Shown here in pieces: positions 50,598 through 60,839 of a stretch of 64,000 nucleotides of DNA. Location of the stretch: contig NC_092575.1 in NCBI RefSeq assembly GCF_037975245.1, positions 8,141,331 through 8,205,330 of the forward strand. Reading direction: 5' to 3'. This DNA comes from Apostichopus japonicus (lineage: Eukaryota). Every line of letters begins with the position of its first letter. Within the stretch, counting starts at the first letter, position 1. The notes under the pieces are model-generated. The model searched no databases. It saw nothing but the letters and a program-made list of their open reading frames with translations, and was not told the origin of the DNA. The position numbers and the translations under genes are program-made.

Positions 50598-52206
50598 TGA
50601 CTTGTTAAGTAATCATCAGGGTGTAATGCGTACATATTTGACCATTAGACAGCATTTCTATCTGCGCAATATGTTTCAACGCATCAGTAATTATATTCAG
50701 GCATGTCTCCGTTGTCAAGAATTCCGTAAGAAACCGGACAAATTGAGACAATATCATGCTCGCATTCCTGATTCTTATCGTCCTTTTGACAGACTTAGTC
50801 TGGATTTCAAGACTATGCCCATAACGGCTACAGGATTTAAACATTTGATGGTTGTTTGTGATGAGATCACTAGATTTGTTGTATGTGTTTCTCTTAAGAC
50901 TCTTGATGCTGAAACAATATGTGAAGCATTATTGCAGAGGGTAGTCACAACCTTTGGTCCACCGTCTTGTATCATAAGTGATGCGGCAGCTTCTCTTACA
51001 GGAAAATTAGTGGAGCTCTTAAGTAAAGCTTTAGGCATTGAACAAAAGTTCATCAGTGTAAGCAATCATGGAAGCTTACAGGTTGAAAGACACATTCAGA
51101 CTCTTTCAAATTTCCTCAAAGTGAACTTAAATCAGTTTGGTACGGATTGGGTACGATTTGTCCCAACATCAGCCTATGCATATAACACATTTTCCTCTCC
51201 TCAGTTAGGTAGCTATAGCCCATTTGAACTTGCATTTGGACGTAAGCCGCCAAATCTTACAAATTTATCGTTCAATCCAATGGCAGGATTATCACAATCT
51301 CATGGAGAATATGCTGCATTGTTAAAGAAACGATTTGATCATTTGTCAAGGGTAATGTTAGTCTTACAAAAGAAGCAACAAGATGCTCAAAATGTTAAGA
51401 TAAGTGCAAAACTGGACAAAGGTGCAATTTATTCAACGGGTCAATTAGTGTATCTGTATAAGCCAACGTCTTCCTCCTTGACTGCGAACTCTCGCAAAAT
51501 TGCTGCAGAATGGTGTGGACCATTAGTGATCCATCAAGTTTTAGATAGGACTCATTATTTGTTGGCCACTCTCAAAGGAGAAATTCTTAGTGATGTATTC
51601 AATTATAACAGGCTTAAACCATGTTTTGTAAGAGCATCTTCTGAAACTAAGAATATCACTAACATTCAGAAATTGCGTCAGGTCTTGAAAACAAAGGGTT
51701 CATCAAGTGAAAAGGTTGCTCGAATGAGAAATGTATTGAGTAGTAACACTTCTAATGCAGAAAATGTTAATGTCATGCAAGATGCACATATTGAGTTTCA
51801 TGATGAGTTTGGTAACATTTTGCCAGGGGTAACTTCAGATCATGTCATGTGTCTTATGACCACTAAGCCAATGAATGTTGCATCCTTTTTAGAGAATAGA
51901 GCACATAATGAAGGATTAGCAATTCCATATCCTTCCATGAAAGATAGCATATTAAGGCAAAAGAAAGTTTTTGCAAATGCTCCACAAGGAGACATGAAAG
52001 TCCAACGTGCTCGATACAAATTGGGTGAATTACAGGTTCTGGTCACCTATCAGACACCATGTTTTCCAACAGGCTTTAAGAGTCACGATTTTTGGTGGAA
52101 TGTAGGAAAATATTCCAACACAGAGGAAATAATGAATTTTCTCCATGAAAAGGGATTGAACATTACAGGCAGTCCAGGCAGGATGTTGCAAACATTATAT
52201 GGTTAA
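50590..52206 (+). CDS. pol: pol segment 3, integrase (HHCC zinc-binding region and DDE core), in the +1 frame relative to segments 1 and 2
   Basis: The text reads NHQGVMRTYLTIRQHFY...CLRCQ (HHCC-like), then ISDAAASLTG and NHGSLQVERHIQTL (D,D..E core). The frame opens at 50590, and the first start in the ORF track is a TTG. A frameshift near 50590-50600 would be needed to join it to segment 2. Confidence 0.8.
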   Translation, partial: YLDDLLSNHQGVMRTYLTIRQHFYLRNMFQRISNYIQACLRCQEFRKKPDKLRQYHARIPDSYRPFDRLSLDFKTMPITATGFKHLMVVCDEITRFVVCVSLKTLDAETICEALLQRVVTTFGPPSCIISDAAASLTGKLVELLSKALGIEQKFISVSNHGSLQVERHIQTLSNFLKVNLNQFGTDWVRFVPTSAYAYNTFSSPQLGSYSPFELAFGRKPPNLTNLSFNPMAGLSQSHGEYAALLKKRFDHLSRVMLVLQKKQQDAQNVKISAKLDKGAIYSTGQLVYLYKPTSSSLTANSRKIAAEWCGPLVIHQVLDRTHYLLATLKGEILSDVFNYNRLKPCFVRASSETKNITNIQKLRQVLKTKGSSSEKVARMRNVLSSNTSNAENVNVMQDAHIEFHDEFGNILPGVTSDHVMCLMTTKPMNVASFLENRAHNEGLAIPYPSMKDSILRQKKVFANAPQGDMKVQRARYKLGELQVLVTYQTPCFPTGFKSHDFWWNVGKYSNTEEIMNFLHEKGLNITGSPGRMLQTLYG

Positions 52207-53454
52207 TATGTATAACTGCATATTGCTTTAAGTTCAGATGAACAGGTGTTTTACCCACGATTGTATGAATGGAATGCGTCATGGCAATTACCTGCATACC
52301 TGTTAAGTGGAAGTCATTGTACTGTATGGTGTAACAATATAAGCTTTATTGTTTAAAACGCCACCAAGTGACCTAGTTTCATCTTTTATAACAAATATGT
52401 AGTGAGTATACCTAATTTCTCCTTATGAATTCGTTCAAACGTTTACCCGGCAATTAGAACATATCCGGAATATTAGCAACATGGGTTTTCATATATTGAG
52501 AAATATTTTAAGGATATTTACATTGCATCATTGATGTTATATTGAAGGCTATTCAGAGACAGCATTGAAGATGTGCAACTTTTGCTTACAGCAACAGTTA
52601 TCGAAGCAAATGAAAGTATAGATGTTTTGAGGAACTTATGTATATATTTTCTTTTCCTCAAATATTCATGCAAAAGTAAATTTCATCATGAAGTTGAAAA
52701 GACAAGATGTTAAGTAATATGTTAATTTGAAGAAAGATTTGTTGATGTCATAGTTTATGGGGTCTCTTTTATGGTATCGAATATCTAGTACTTTGGTACT
52801 TTACTAGATCAATTCGGAGTGCATACCTAGGGTCACCATGCTATCGAGTCACATTTTCTTGATTTTCTTGGGGTGAATGTATATATGATTCACAAGGTTT
52901 CAAAGCAGTTTTGAAACTAAGCCTTCATTAAAGAGGAGGTTTTGTAAAAGAGTTTGTAATATTTTAAGGTTCTTTTTGAATGTACGAATTTTTTATGGAA
53001 CGCCAAGGTGTTTTATTCAGTTAAAAGATAACTAAGTCTAGTATTCTCTGATCTCTCCCCAATTCACGGCATGATTTCACTTTTGATATATATGTATTAT
53101 TGATGTATGAAATGCATAAATGTATTTTGTAAGAGATACTGCATATTTTGCTGTGTCATGTAACTTTAAGATATCTTAATGACATTTTTTTTTTTTTTTA
53201 ATAGATTACATCATATGATGTCATCAATATTGAAGAGGTACACTTCAATTTCAAAGTCATGGAGATAGTGTCAATGTATATACCATATGATCATTTTAAT
53301 AATTCGTAACCAAGATGTTAACCTTTGAGATATATGAAGGCCATTTATTGAAGTCAATGAATATTAGTGAATGTGCTTACAGTACTCTACCTTCTTGAGA
53401 TAATGATAAGTTAAAGCAGTATGATGTTAAAATTTTGGAGTATCCAAAAATTTT
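52207..53454 (+). other. ~1.25-kb non-coding region between integrase and the PPT. No ORF of 60 aa or more.
   Basis: The six-frame track shows nothing here. The region is AT-rich. Confidence 0.6.
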
Positions 53455-53470
53455 AAAAGATTGAGGGGGA
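53455..53470 (+). other. Polypurine tract-like sequence (aaaagattgaggggga) immediately 5' of the 3' LTR
   Basis: A purine-rich run ends in GGGGGA and abuts the TG of the LTR. Confidence 0.6.
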
Positions 53471-54229
53471 TGTTATGAAATAGTGATACCATCTCTTTGA
53501 TGTTACTGAAACGCTCCATCGAGACACCTTACAGGCCTCTTATGTATTTATCTAGGTCATGGATTCAGTTTTCCCACGAGAAGTTTTTAACTATCTTATT
53601 GAATCTTGGTACAGGGCCTTTTCCCAAAATAGATTCCATTATGTCTGTGGAACATTCGAGAAGGTTCTCTCACGTGGTATGGAAGTTTCCATAGAAAGGG
53701 GATGGACTTCCAAACTCCCAACCAATCAGGGCAGATCAGTGCCAGTGCACATATTTTTATATTATTAAGTTAATACAGGATGGTCAGGTTATTGGCTGCC
53801 TACTGATTGTGCGCAGAGGATTTTTATGGAAGTAAGGTATAAAAGAAAAAGGAGGTCAGAAATTTATCACTCCGTGATCAATTTATCACTTGATCAGCAA
53901 ATTTATCACTCCGTCAGCGCTCCGTGATCAGTTCGTTGCTTCGTCACCATTTCATCACTCCTAATTGTTTAATTGACGGAGTCAAGTCAAGTCAAATCAT
54001 TGTAATTTAGTTTTATTTGTAAAGAGAATCGACAGAGAAGAAATTATACCGAATCATTAATCAAATCCTATCTCGTCAAATTGTTTTTTGTGTGAAGTCA
54101 TTGTTTTCTTCCGTTCGAGACATCTCCTGAAGAAGCGTAAATACGGCTTCAAGATATCCCAGTACCTTTCTATCGCGAGTCCCGATATAGTTTTACTATC
54201 GGAGGAAGCGGGCTCGTCACAATATTACA
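53471..54229 (+). repeat. 3' LTR, 759 bp
   Basis: No differences from 44925-45683 on visual comparison. The ORF-track peptides at 53497 and 53559 are identical to those at 44951 and 45013. Confidence 0.95.
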
Positions 54230-55387
54230 GTATAGTAGTAGAAAGACTAAGTAGTAGATGATGAAATGCTACAAACGATAGAATGTCTTCCTCAGATTCC
54301 AAAGGTCAAACATAATTTTCATCTGGACGATCCTTTTAACTCATTCTTCCTTAACCACACTACTGTTGGGTTTTGTAATGTTGTATAAATATTTGTACAG
54401 GATATTAATTTCAAATCTAAAACCAGAGCAAGTGTTCCTATATATGAGGCTAAACTTAACTGCACTGAGCATGGCATATGCAAATAATATCCAATTATAT
54501 GGTATCAATCAAAGATTTTTGAATTTGTTGTCCATAGTTTAAACAATCTTTAAACAATCTTCCTAAATAAAGGAACTCACAAAGTTCCAAATTCAAAGTA
54601 CATTTTTTCCACCAAAATCAAGATTTGGAATTAAATGCCAGTCACAGTTAAACCCAAAGTCTGAAGTGCACTACAGAATCAAATTGAAAACTTGATATGT
54701 GCTTACCATTTGATGCTGTGACTTCCTGTCAGAAAGAGGATTAATCCAAGACTAAATGATGCAACATATGAGATAACTGTTATTCCTAAAACTGTAGTCT
54801 AAAAAGAGTGAAATGTAAAAGATGAGTAACAAATGTCGAAATCATTTTCAGTCCAACCATGAAAGAATGGAATGATGAAAAGTGTTAGGCTAACTAATGG
54901 TAATGTTGATGATAATATTGTACTAAAGTTTTGAAATTGCATGAAAAGGTCTAGAATCAATTGATCACCAGATTGCAGTCACTGAAATTATCAACGGAAC
55001 ATTAATACATGTTCTACTCACTGCGAATGTAAAGTTCACCAAACAAATCATTGCTGCAATAAAACTGACAACATTCGTGACTTACAGTAGTTACCAGTGA
55101 ATCAATTATATCTGTATTTGATTTACATGCATTAGCTTCAGTTTGATCAACTTTCAGCTCTAATATTAATAAATGATAGAACCCTTTTGCACATCATCAG
55201 ATTAACTCATTCTAAATGATGTACGCACGGCTGGTGCAATGCATCATCTACACTAATCGCTATGAAGCAATTTATCCTTGTAATCAGCTAGTTTTCCGAG
55301 TCAATTGATGATTGTAACATCTTACATGCATTGTAGGCCTGCTCTCATTCTTCTCTGAGGTCTTTAATAGAGAAATGTGGTATTTAC

Positions 55388-55606
55388 CTTCACAACAACT
55401 GGTCTATCATCAATGTAGCTAACCAACTGTTTACTGGTCTGCATGACAAAGTGCACAACTGCAATTGCTTCTAGCATCATCAACAGTGGTTCAGAAGACA
55501 AGATGACTTGAGTATAGACCCAGACCAGCATGGATGGGAATAGATTCACTGGAAGAGCTACCAAGACAACCAGCAGGGCAGTTGACAGGAATGGGATTTG
55601 ATTGAT
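55388..55606 (-). CDS. Candidate internal exon of a host gene, 219 nt, phase 0 at both ends. Encodes a transmembrane-like peptide INQIPFLSTALLVVLVALPVNLFPSMLVWVYTQVILSSEPLLMMLEAIAVVHFVMQTSKQLVSYIDDRPVVVK.
   Basis: On the minus strand the acceptor ttttttgatttctatctaattcag|ATCAAT and the donor GTTGTGAAG|gtaaata both match consensus. The 73-codon frame between them is open and hydrophobic. Confidence 0.45.
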
Positions 55607-56711
55607 CTGAATTAGATAGAAATCAAAAAATAATAACAAAAAAACACATGCAGGGCAAACAAATGTTGTGGAACACAAATGAAATTTATTAACAAATCAA
55701 GACAAATGACTGATGGATGGATTAGTGAAATAAATTTCATTTAATATTTGACTTATCATCAATTTCTCCACAATGGTTGACATTTTAACATGCACATTCT
55801 GAAGTGGCAGACCAGGCACAAATTTGTATGACTTTTTCATGCAAGCAAAGGGCATTGGAAGCACAAAAAAATAATGAAATTATACTGTAGGTCTTCTCAG
55901 ATTTACCCACACATCTACAGCAAACCAAATTCTTTTTAGTCATTATATTAATAATAGTAATAATTTTGTCCTGGAAGGCAGTTATTGTGGGACACAAAGC
56001 AGTCACATATGCATGTGGCAGAGAATAATTTTAACATATTCATCCAGTATCCCATTGCAAAATGCTATGCAAAATTGGCAAATGACTATGCAAGTACACA
56101 CATGTCTTGCATTTTATGTACATAGCAACCATAGTATGTTACTTCTGACAAAATGTAGCCCCCTTCAAAACTGCTGCACATAATTTAAACAGTAAAATAA
56201 TCAGGTTTATTTTTGCGACGATTGTAAACCACCACAAATGTGGGAGAAGCCCACAAGGGCTTATAAATTACAACTTTCATGTTGGGTGGCTTCCAATTCA
56301 ACATTTTAACTCAAATTTGGAATTTTTTCAATTTAGAAAGTCATTTCAAATGGGAAAACTATAGATTGCTCTTGGATGAAAAACCCAGCTGGGGATCGAA
56401 CCCCCTATTTGCTACACCTCACTACTTCAAATACCACCGCCTTAATCCACTCCGCCACAGCCACACAACAACATTTCCCTACGACAGTACAATGAGTACA
56501 TATTCAGTCACATGTTCTAATGAATGCAATGTGCCCATGGCAACCGTAGGAACATGCATCTGGTGAAATCCAAGTTATATTAAATGTTAATTAATGTTGG
56601 ATTTAATTAAATTAAATTAAATTAATTAAATTAATGTTGGATTTAATTAAATTAAATCCAAATTATATTAAATGTTACATGCTGACAAAACTGTTAAGCA
56701 AATATACATAC

Positions 56712-56896
56712 TACTGGAAGGATATCAGCAATGAATGTATGCAACATCAGAATGAGGGAAAGACGAACAACCACGTCAGGACCACATAATGAGGCAAGAA
56801 GAGGCATCAATACCAGGAACATCCACTGGATCCCTGGGATATACCTGACACATGGAAAACAGAGTAACCACATCATTGTGTTGACCTGTAAAGTAA
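56712..56896 (-). CDS. Candidate internal exon of the same host gene, 185 nt. Encodes a transmembrane-like peptide ...TLQVNTMMWLLCFPCVRYIPGIQWMFLVLMPLLASLCGPDVVVRLSLILMLHTFIADILPV.
   Basis: The minus-strand acceptor is ttcttttctttctatgcag|TTAC and the donor is CCAGTA|gtatgt. It ends in phase 0, which is compatible with the phase-0 start of exon 55606-55388. Confidence 0.35.
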
Positions 56897-58313
56897 CTGC
56901 ATAGAAAGAAAAGAATTGCAAATGCTAACAATGAAGTATAGTAAGTTATTACCATTTCATTTGCATTGAAAGCCTTTTCTTTTTGTCATTGCACTTTATA
57001 AGAGCAGCCACATTTTACATTGCTGAAATGACAGCATCTGCATTTGAGGATCCACTTCAAATTATTAGCATTGGACTTCAAATACACACATGAACAAAAC
57101 TTACAACATCACAATGCTAGGTTTTCTCAAAGTTAAGGCTTGGACTTATATTTTTCCACTCTGCATCCAAGCATACACTTATGAATATTAGCCTTGGACT
57201 AATCATTTAAATAAAATGGTTAATTGTAATATGATGTCAATGGGATCTAGGAGAAAGAATGATTAGCTCTGGAAATATAAACTGGGCTACTGTGCATTTG
57301 AATACTTAGATAGGTCTCCAAAGCGGCCCTGCACTCTACAGTTACTCACAAGTTTCAAAAATATCAGTAGCAGTACAAAATAGGCTAATCGCCAGTAGTC
57401 GCGATTACACTTTGGAAGTTCGATTAATCGCGCCCAAAACCTAAGTTGCGATTACTCGACTACAAGCTAGCACTACACATAATTTGCTTTGAAAAATAGC
57501 CTAACCTATCAAAAACAACACTAAAGCATTTTGTCAGCAAATATCAACGTATACAGGTTCTCACAATGCTACACTAGCACTGTGCTGTGTTAAAAATCAG
57601 CAAGCACCCGCTCCAGTTAAATTCATGCGTTTGCTTGTCAGTAACACGCTTGTTCTGCAATGCAACATTCAGTCCTAGACTCCTAGTAATGTTTAATTAT
57701 TGCGCTAATTTGTAACTTATTAATCTTTTACATTTGCCAAAGTATTTATAATTTCTTCAAACATGTTTACAATAACTTCATAACTGGCCTGGTTCTCATT
57801 CATCCGATGTCTGATAAAGTGTGTCAGTTGCGGTGTAGTTTAATTTCAATGTGCAAAATATGTGCCTGCTATCGCATTAGACTAGAGCCTAGCCTAGAAC
57901 ATCCTTCTACAGAAAACTCTTGCATACTAAACATCAAACTGCTACAAGTGTTACATATATTCATTGATTGCATGTTTGCTCAAGTTTTATTAGTGCTAGT
58001 AGTTGTAGTAGCCTCGTAGATTCATTCGAAAGTTTTTGATTTACTGTGAAGGATTTTAAGAAACGTTACAGATTGAAAGTTGTTCACTGTTTTTGTTTGG
58101 TAGATGTTTTACCATGATTTAGACACCACACGATATGACAGGAAAGAATAAAGAAATAAAGACAGTGCACCAAACTGTGAGAAAGATTTGTTTTGACTAT
58201 TTCTACAATGTAAAAAAGACAGTGGTGACATCATAACTGTAACCGGGTAATCGCGAGAAAAGCTATGCGATTAATTGACTACAAAAGAAAGAATCAACTA
58301 TCAGTATCAGCAC

Positions 58314-58966
58314 TAATAAAGGGACAAACTAAAACGAATGACAGCGAATGACCGAATGACAATTGACTTTGTACAGGGTTAATTATCATTTGCGAATGAC
58401 AGCGAATGGCAGCGAAGGACAACGAAGGACAGCGAATGACAACGAAGGACAGTGTTGAGAAGAGATAGAATGATTAACGGAGTGGAGTAAATGCGGTTAT
58501 TGGTTTTCTGCGCAAAAATGATTTGAGGAAAATCGCATGTTACGTGGTTGCAGGGTTTTGGTGTAATTTACGGATAGAAATCACAGGGAAAGTTTTTGTG
58601 TGAGAATGCACTTGAGTGCTGTGCTTTTTACCTCTGTAGATTTATATAGAAAGATAACTGAAGCCGTTTCAAGATTATAGTATTGTTAGTTTCTAACAAT
58701 TAATATCGGAAAAAATGATGTTAAATTTACTTTTTAATATCCGACTTACAATTTCGCTTACTTTAAGGTGCGTTTTTATCTTGTCAGTACTTTACTAGAT
58801 CTAGATACCCACGAAGTCTGAACTGTGATTTCCGGTTGAAGCAAATGTCTGTGCTGTCATTACTGTCATTCGTTTTAGCTGAACGCAATTTTTTAGTGTG
58901 TACAGCATATTGTCATTCGTTATGTGTAACGCAATTGTCATTCGTTTTAGTAACACCCCTAATAAA
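58314..58966. mobile_element. Non-autonomous TIR element (MITE-like, hAT-like by TSD length), 637 bp at 58322-58958, flanked by a perfect 8-bp TSD CTAATAAA at 58314-58321 and 58959-58966
   Basis: The ends are inverted: gggacaaaCTAAAACGAATGACAg at 58322 against cTGTCATTCGTTTTAGtaacaccc ending at 58958. Subterminal tandem copies of cgaatgacag on the left are mirrored by tgtcattcg copies on the right. There is no internal ORF. Confidence 0.6.
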
Positions 58967-59169
58967 GGCTGGGCCTAATAACATAGCAGTCTAGGCCTAT
59001 GCTGGTAGTGCCTAGTGGTACAGTGCCATGAACTCCAGGGAGAAGCCTGCTAGGCTAGTACCAGGGAGCTGCTACTTTAAGTAACGTGAACTAACTTAGG
59101 CCCTATAGGCTACAGCCTAGGCTATAGCAGAACATTAGGCCTATCCTAGGCCTTATAGTAGTAGCATGG

Positions 59170-59655
59170 TGACTTCGAAGTTCGGACACTTAAGACTTAA
59201 AACACCCCATAACTAAATCTTCTGGTATAAATCATTTGAAAATATACTTCATATGGTGGGAGAATTTTGTTATAGTACGATACACGGCCAAACTTTCTTT
59301 CCTGCAAACTGTTTTCACGTTGTTTTCCAAGAAGATTCTTCGTGATTGTGGAACTGGTATTTCTTTGCTAGAGTATTGCGAAGTTCGGACACGCAACCCA
59401 CAGTGTGGCGCTGGTGATAAAATTGGTGGCGCAGTTGCTCTTTCAGTAATTATAACAGACTTCATAGATCTTCGTCATTTTATTGACAAATATGTAAGTA
59501 ATTTCTTGCACACGGGTCATTTTGGAGAGAATATAACTGTAGCTTCGTACTTTTTGGTGAAATTTGACTCTTCCTGTAGATTTTCATGGTGAAATCGTGT
59601 ATTTCTTAGGGTGTCCGAACTTTCGCAGTATGCCGAACTTCGCAATACTGACTAT
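59170..59655. mobile_element. Foldback or MITE-like cluster built from direct and inverted copies of the motif CGAAGTTCGGACAC
   Basis: Motif copies in + orientation are at 59176 and 59387 (gtattgcgaagttcggacac). Copies in - orientation are at 59611 (gtgtccgaactttcgcag) and 59631 (tatgccgaacttcgcaatac). Terminal sequences cgaagttcggacacttaag and cttagggtgtccgaactttcg are inverted relative to each other. Confidence 0.4.
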
Positions 59656-60839
59656 ACTAAGTAAGTCTTGTACAATTGGACAAAGTCGTTGTTTCTTCTT
59701 GCGGCATGTCATAGAAATGGTTAGGACTGGATATCGGTTTTTTTTTTTTTTAATCATGGCTTTCTAAGACTATACATAAGCTATCTCATTCCGTTTGGCC
59801 TAGTTCTGCGATACTAGCCTAACGTTAAGCCTTTGTAGACCACACAGTGTCTATGCCATATCAATTTCAATGGTCTTTGCAACTGCTGAATGGCATACGT
59901 TAGGAACAGGCGCACCCGTGAGGGTGATTCGAACTTACCTCAAATGTACAAGACTACCAAAGATATTCCACCATCCGAAGGTGAAATATCTTTGTGACGA
60001 CTGACAACTCACGAAAATTTTGTAAAGCGCGCTTGTCGTAACACCGTAACCAGAATTATGTAAACTTGAAAAGCTAGTTTTGTTCGATCGCATAGTGCCA
60101 GCTGTTTGTCACAAGTTGCACATAGATGTGAATAGTTTTGGGCCAGAGCAATGGGTTATTTCATTAAACTAAAGGGAAGCAATTGTCAAAAGAAATGACA
60201 TGCGATTCGCGACAACTTCTGGTATGAACTACTGACTGACCTCGGTACAGTTGTTAATTTGTCGAACCTTTGGCAAAACTTTCCACATACTTGTAATTTA
60301 TATGATATAATGTTCATTTTAGAATAAGAACAACATCCTGTTTCCAATTACATTGCGCCAGGTGATGCTGTGAACTTTTGTATAAATTCAAGTAGCATCC
60401 TGCGCATCAGTTGGGCAGTGAATAATAGTAAACATCTGTCCACTGGAAAGCACCCTTGTACAGTAGCCATGTAAAGTCACCCAGGTCATTCATGGTTAAA
60501 ATGGAAGAAATCTCTGCACATTTCTCTTCAACTCGTTGAGCACTTTAAACAAATTAAGAGAGCTTCGCCCCTGTCCCCTACCAGTGCTCCGCCCCTGGAC
60601 CCTTTTTTTCTTCAAATTTTCTGCAACTTAGGACAATGACCTCTAGTTTTCTTACTCTTAGAGACACTGAAGGGGAAAAAAGACAATCGAAAAAGCAATT
60701 TAACGCTAAGTTATCCAAAATTTAACAATCTTGTGCACCTCAACTGAATTACGTAGATTCTGTTAAAACATATTGCAGGTGTTGTAATCACTAAGTTGGA
60801 TGCACATTATGAGTATGAGATTCACTGCAGCTTCACTTT

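Larger units (their letters stand above)
44925..54229 (+). mobile_element. Full-length LTR retrotransposon, Ty3/gypsy-like, 9305 bp. Layout is LTR, PBS, gag with CCHC, then pol in the order PR, RT, RNase H, IN, then PPT and LTR.
   Basis: Two 759-bp direct repeats (44925-45683 and 53471-54229) show no differences on visual comparison and run TG...CA. They are flanked by a 4-bp TSD. The internal ORFs carry retroviral-type motifs in the gypsy/BEL domain order, with RNase H before integrase. Confidence 0.95.

Noticed and set aside
47864-52046. Minus-strand ORFs of 63-96 aa inside the retrotransposon (47864, 48062, 50220, 50605, 50775, 51840)
   Set aside because: They are antisense to a well-supported pol coding region and have no motifs. 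They are expected by chance in about 5 kb of open sense frame.
59232-59592. Pair of overlapping ORFs (118 aa on + and 77 aa on -) as a possible gene
   Set aside because: They lie inside the inverted-repeat, foldback-like cluster. They have no splice or start context and no recognisable domains. They are more probably non-coding TE sequence.
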